NCBI GenBank assembly: GCA_044866195.1
Contig: JBIOTT010000050.1
Span: 1-51,311, forward strand
Length of the DNA: 51,311 nucleotides
Reading direction: 5' to 3'
From: Gemmatimonadales bacterium
Lineage (GTDB): Bacteria; Gemmatimonadota; Gemmatimonadetes; Gemmatimonadales; GWC2-71-9
Each line of letters starts with the position of its first letter. Positions within the stretch are counted from its first letter, which is position 1. The position numbers and the translations under genes were made by a program. Of the stretch, positions 50,357 through 51,311 are shown in pieces. The notes below the pieces were generated by a model, which worked only from the letters and a program-made list of their open reading frames with translations, ran no database searches and was not told the origin of the DNA.

Positions 50357-51311
50357 TTACCATCCGGGATTCGAGGTCCAGATCTTCAGGTGTCCCCACC
50401 AGGTCTGGGTGGCCACGCGGGTCCCGCTGTTCGAGTTGGAGCCGAGGGCGATGCTCGTGATGTGGTTGAGAAATGCCCCGGTGTTGTTGGCGATGAAGGT
50501 CCGGTTATAGCGGTTCAAGACCTTCTTGCCATCGATCCAAATCTCGTAAACGCCGTCGGTGTTGCCCTTGACGGCAGGGATCCGGAGATGGACTCGATAG
50601 ATGTGCCACTGGCTGTCCCAGTGCATGCCAGGAAGCGAGGCGAGAAACTGTGACTGGTCCTTACCGTATCCCCAGCGGCAATTCTCTCCGGCGCCCGACG
50701 TCGAGCAGTTGGAGTAACCGCTGAACGGGGCCTTTTGAGGGCTGCCGCTCCACCAGTTTTTGGCGTTGACGAAATTGATGATGTCGAAGCGGTCGGTTTC
50801 TCGCCAAAGCAGCAGCAGCTTGTACCCACCCGCGTTGCAGTTCGGTCCCAGGGGATACCAATCGCTGCGGAACTTATGTGCGACCTCGATCCAGACCTCG
50901 CGGTTGCTAGGCGCCTTGTAGCTGGCCTGGATGGCCGGGTCGGTGTTGCACCCGCCCCAGGGGCTGCCGGCGGCCGGGCCCGGCCAGTCGTACCGCAGCG
51001 TGGGGTGTCCGTTGTACAGGTTCTTGGTGTCGAGGACGATGCGCTCCTGGTGCATCCAGCTGGACGCGGAATACATCCAGTCGTGCGGGTCTGACTTCCA
51101 CTTACTGGTGCTCCCGCCGTAGGTCGTGAAATCCTCGACCCGCCAAGGGGTGCCCGAGGACGCGGTCAGCGGTGTGAGGGAGGGGCTATCGGTTTCGGTC
51201 GGCGAGGCGGTGCTGGCGGGTGGTTCTACGGCGGCGTCACCGCAGGCGATCGCCGCGAGGCCAGCGAGTACAGCTGCCGATCGACGGATCCCGGGCCGGG
51301 CTCCCGCACGG
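50357..51311 (-). CDS. Secreted lipoprotein carrying the unassigned domain (paralogue 3), 5'-truncated by the window edge
   Basis: The listed ORF starts at an internal Met (51076). The same frame stays open to the window end. There it encodes ...RRSAAVLAGLAAIACGDAAVEPP (lipobox LAAIAC), then ...PWRVEDFTTYGGSTSKW, which matches the domain start of paralogues 1 and 2. Confidence 0.6.
   Translation of the reverse strand, partial: RAGARPGIRRSAAVLAGLAAIACGDAAVEPPASTASPTETDSPSLTPLTASSGTPWRVEDFTTYGGSTSKWKSDPHDWMYSASSWMHQERIVLDTKNLYNGHPTLRYDWPGPAAGSPWGGCNTDPAIQASYKAPSNREVWIEVAHKFRSDWYPLGPNCNAGGYKLLLLWRETDRFDIINFVNAKNWWSGSPQKAPFSGYSNCSTSGAGENCRWGYGKDQSQFLASLPGMHWDSQWHIYRVHLRIPAVKGNTDGVYEIWIDGKKVLNRYNRTFIANNTGAFLNHITSIALGSNSNSGTRVATQTWWGHLKIWTSNPGW

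Noticed and set aside
1-51311. Searched all listed ORF products for a PEP-CTERM sorting signal, and for transposase, integrase, phage or toxin-antitoxin signatures.
   Set aside because: None was found by eye. ORFs shorter than 60 aa and unlisted frames were not examined exhaustively.

Overview
High-GC bacterial chromosomal window, roughly two-thirds G+C by eye. I saw no rRNA, tRNA, CRISPR array, transposase or integrase.

The first ~8.8 kb looks like housekeeping DNA:
- the 3' part of a Cys-type molybdopterin formate dehydrogenase alpha subunit;
- a tdh-kbl threonine-catabolism pair;
- a signal-peptide beta-barrel protein;
- a minus-strand, translationally coupled operon: Arg-rich ORF, then NYN/LOTUS protein, then Mpg DNA glycosylase.

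From ~8.9 kb to the window end (>42 kb) everything belongs to one large exosortase-associated polysaccharide locus:
- Regulation: a soluble histidine kinase plus an NtrC-family sigma-54 activator, and a receiver protein with a degenerate GGDEF domain.
- Export and core assembly: a Wzc-like co-polymerase/tyrosine kinase, a Wza-like export lipoprotein, a priming sugar-phosphate transferase, and exosortase (EpsH) with a separate EpsI.
- Periplasmic sugar transfer: a GT-C (ArnT/PMT-like) enzyme beside an ArnC-like polyprenyl-phosphate glycosyltransferase and a catalytically degenerate paralogue of it.
- ABC export: Wzm/Wzt, with a Wzt C-terminal glycan-binding-type extension.
- Assembly enzymes: eleven further GT2/GT4 genes and WecB.
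- Modification: a tightly coupled seven-gene operon (PhyH-type dioxygenase, AsnB, Wzy/O-antigen-ligase-like protein, CE4 deacetylase, ATP-grasp, PHP phosphoesterase, GT4) and two SAM methyltransferases.
- Secreted paralogues: three proteins sharing an unassigned ~270-aa Cys-containing C-terminal domain.

The observations most worth follow-up:
1. Sigma-54 -24/-12-like boxes with exact consensus spacing sit in the intergenic gaps heading most transcription units.
2. The receiver protein keeps the c-di-GMP I-site (RVSD) but has lost the GGDEF catalytic motif (GSGEY).
3. The secreted three-member paralogue family has lower GC than its neighbours, and two copies share near-identical 3' nucleotide blocks.
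4. The export inventory is hybrid (Wzm/Wzt plus Wza/Wzc plus Wzy-like) with no Wzx flippase.
5. No PEP-CTERM cargo gene is visible despite the exosortase.

All function calls come from reading motifs by eye; no searches were run.
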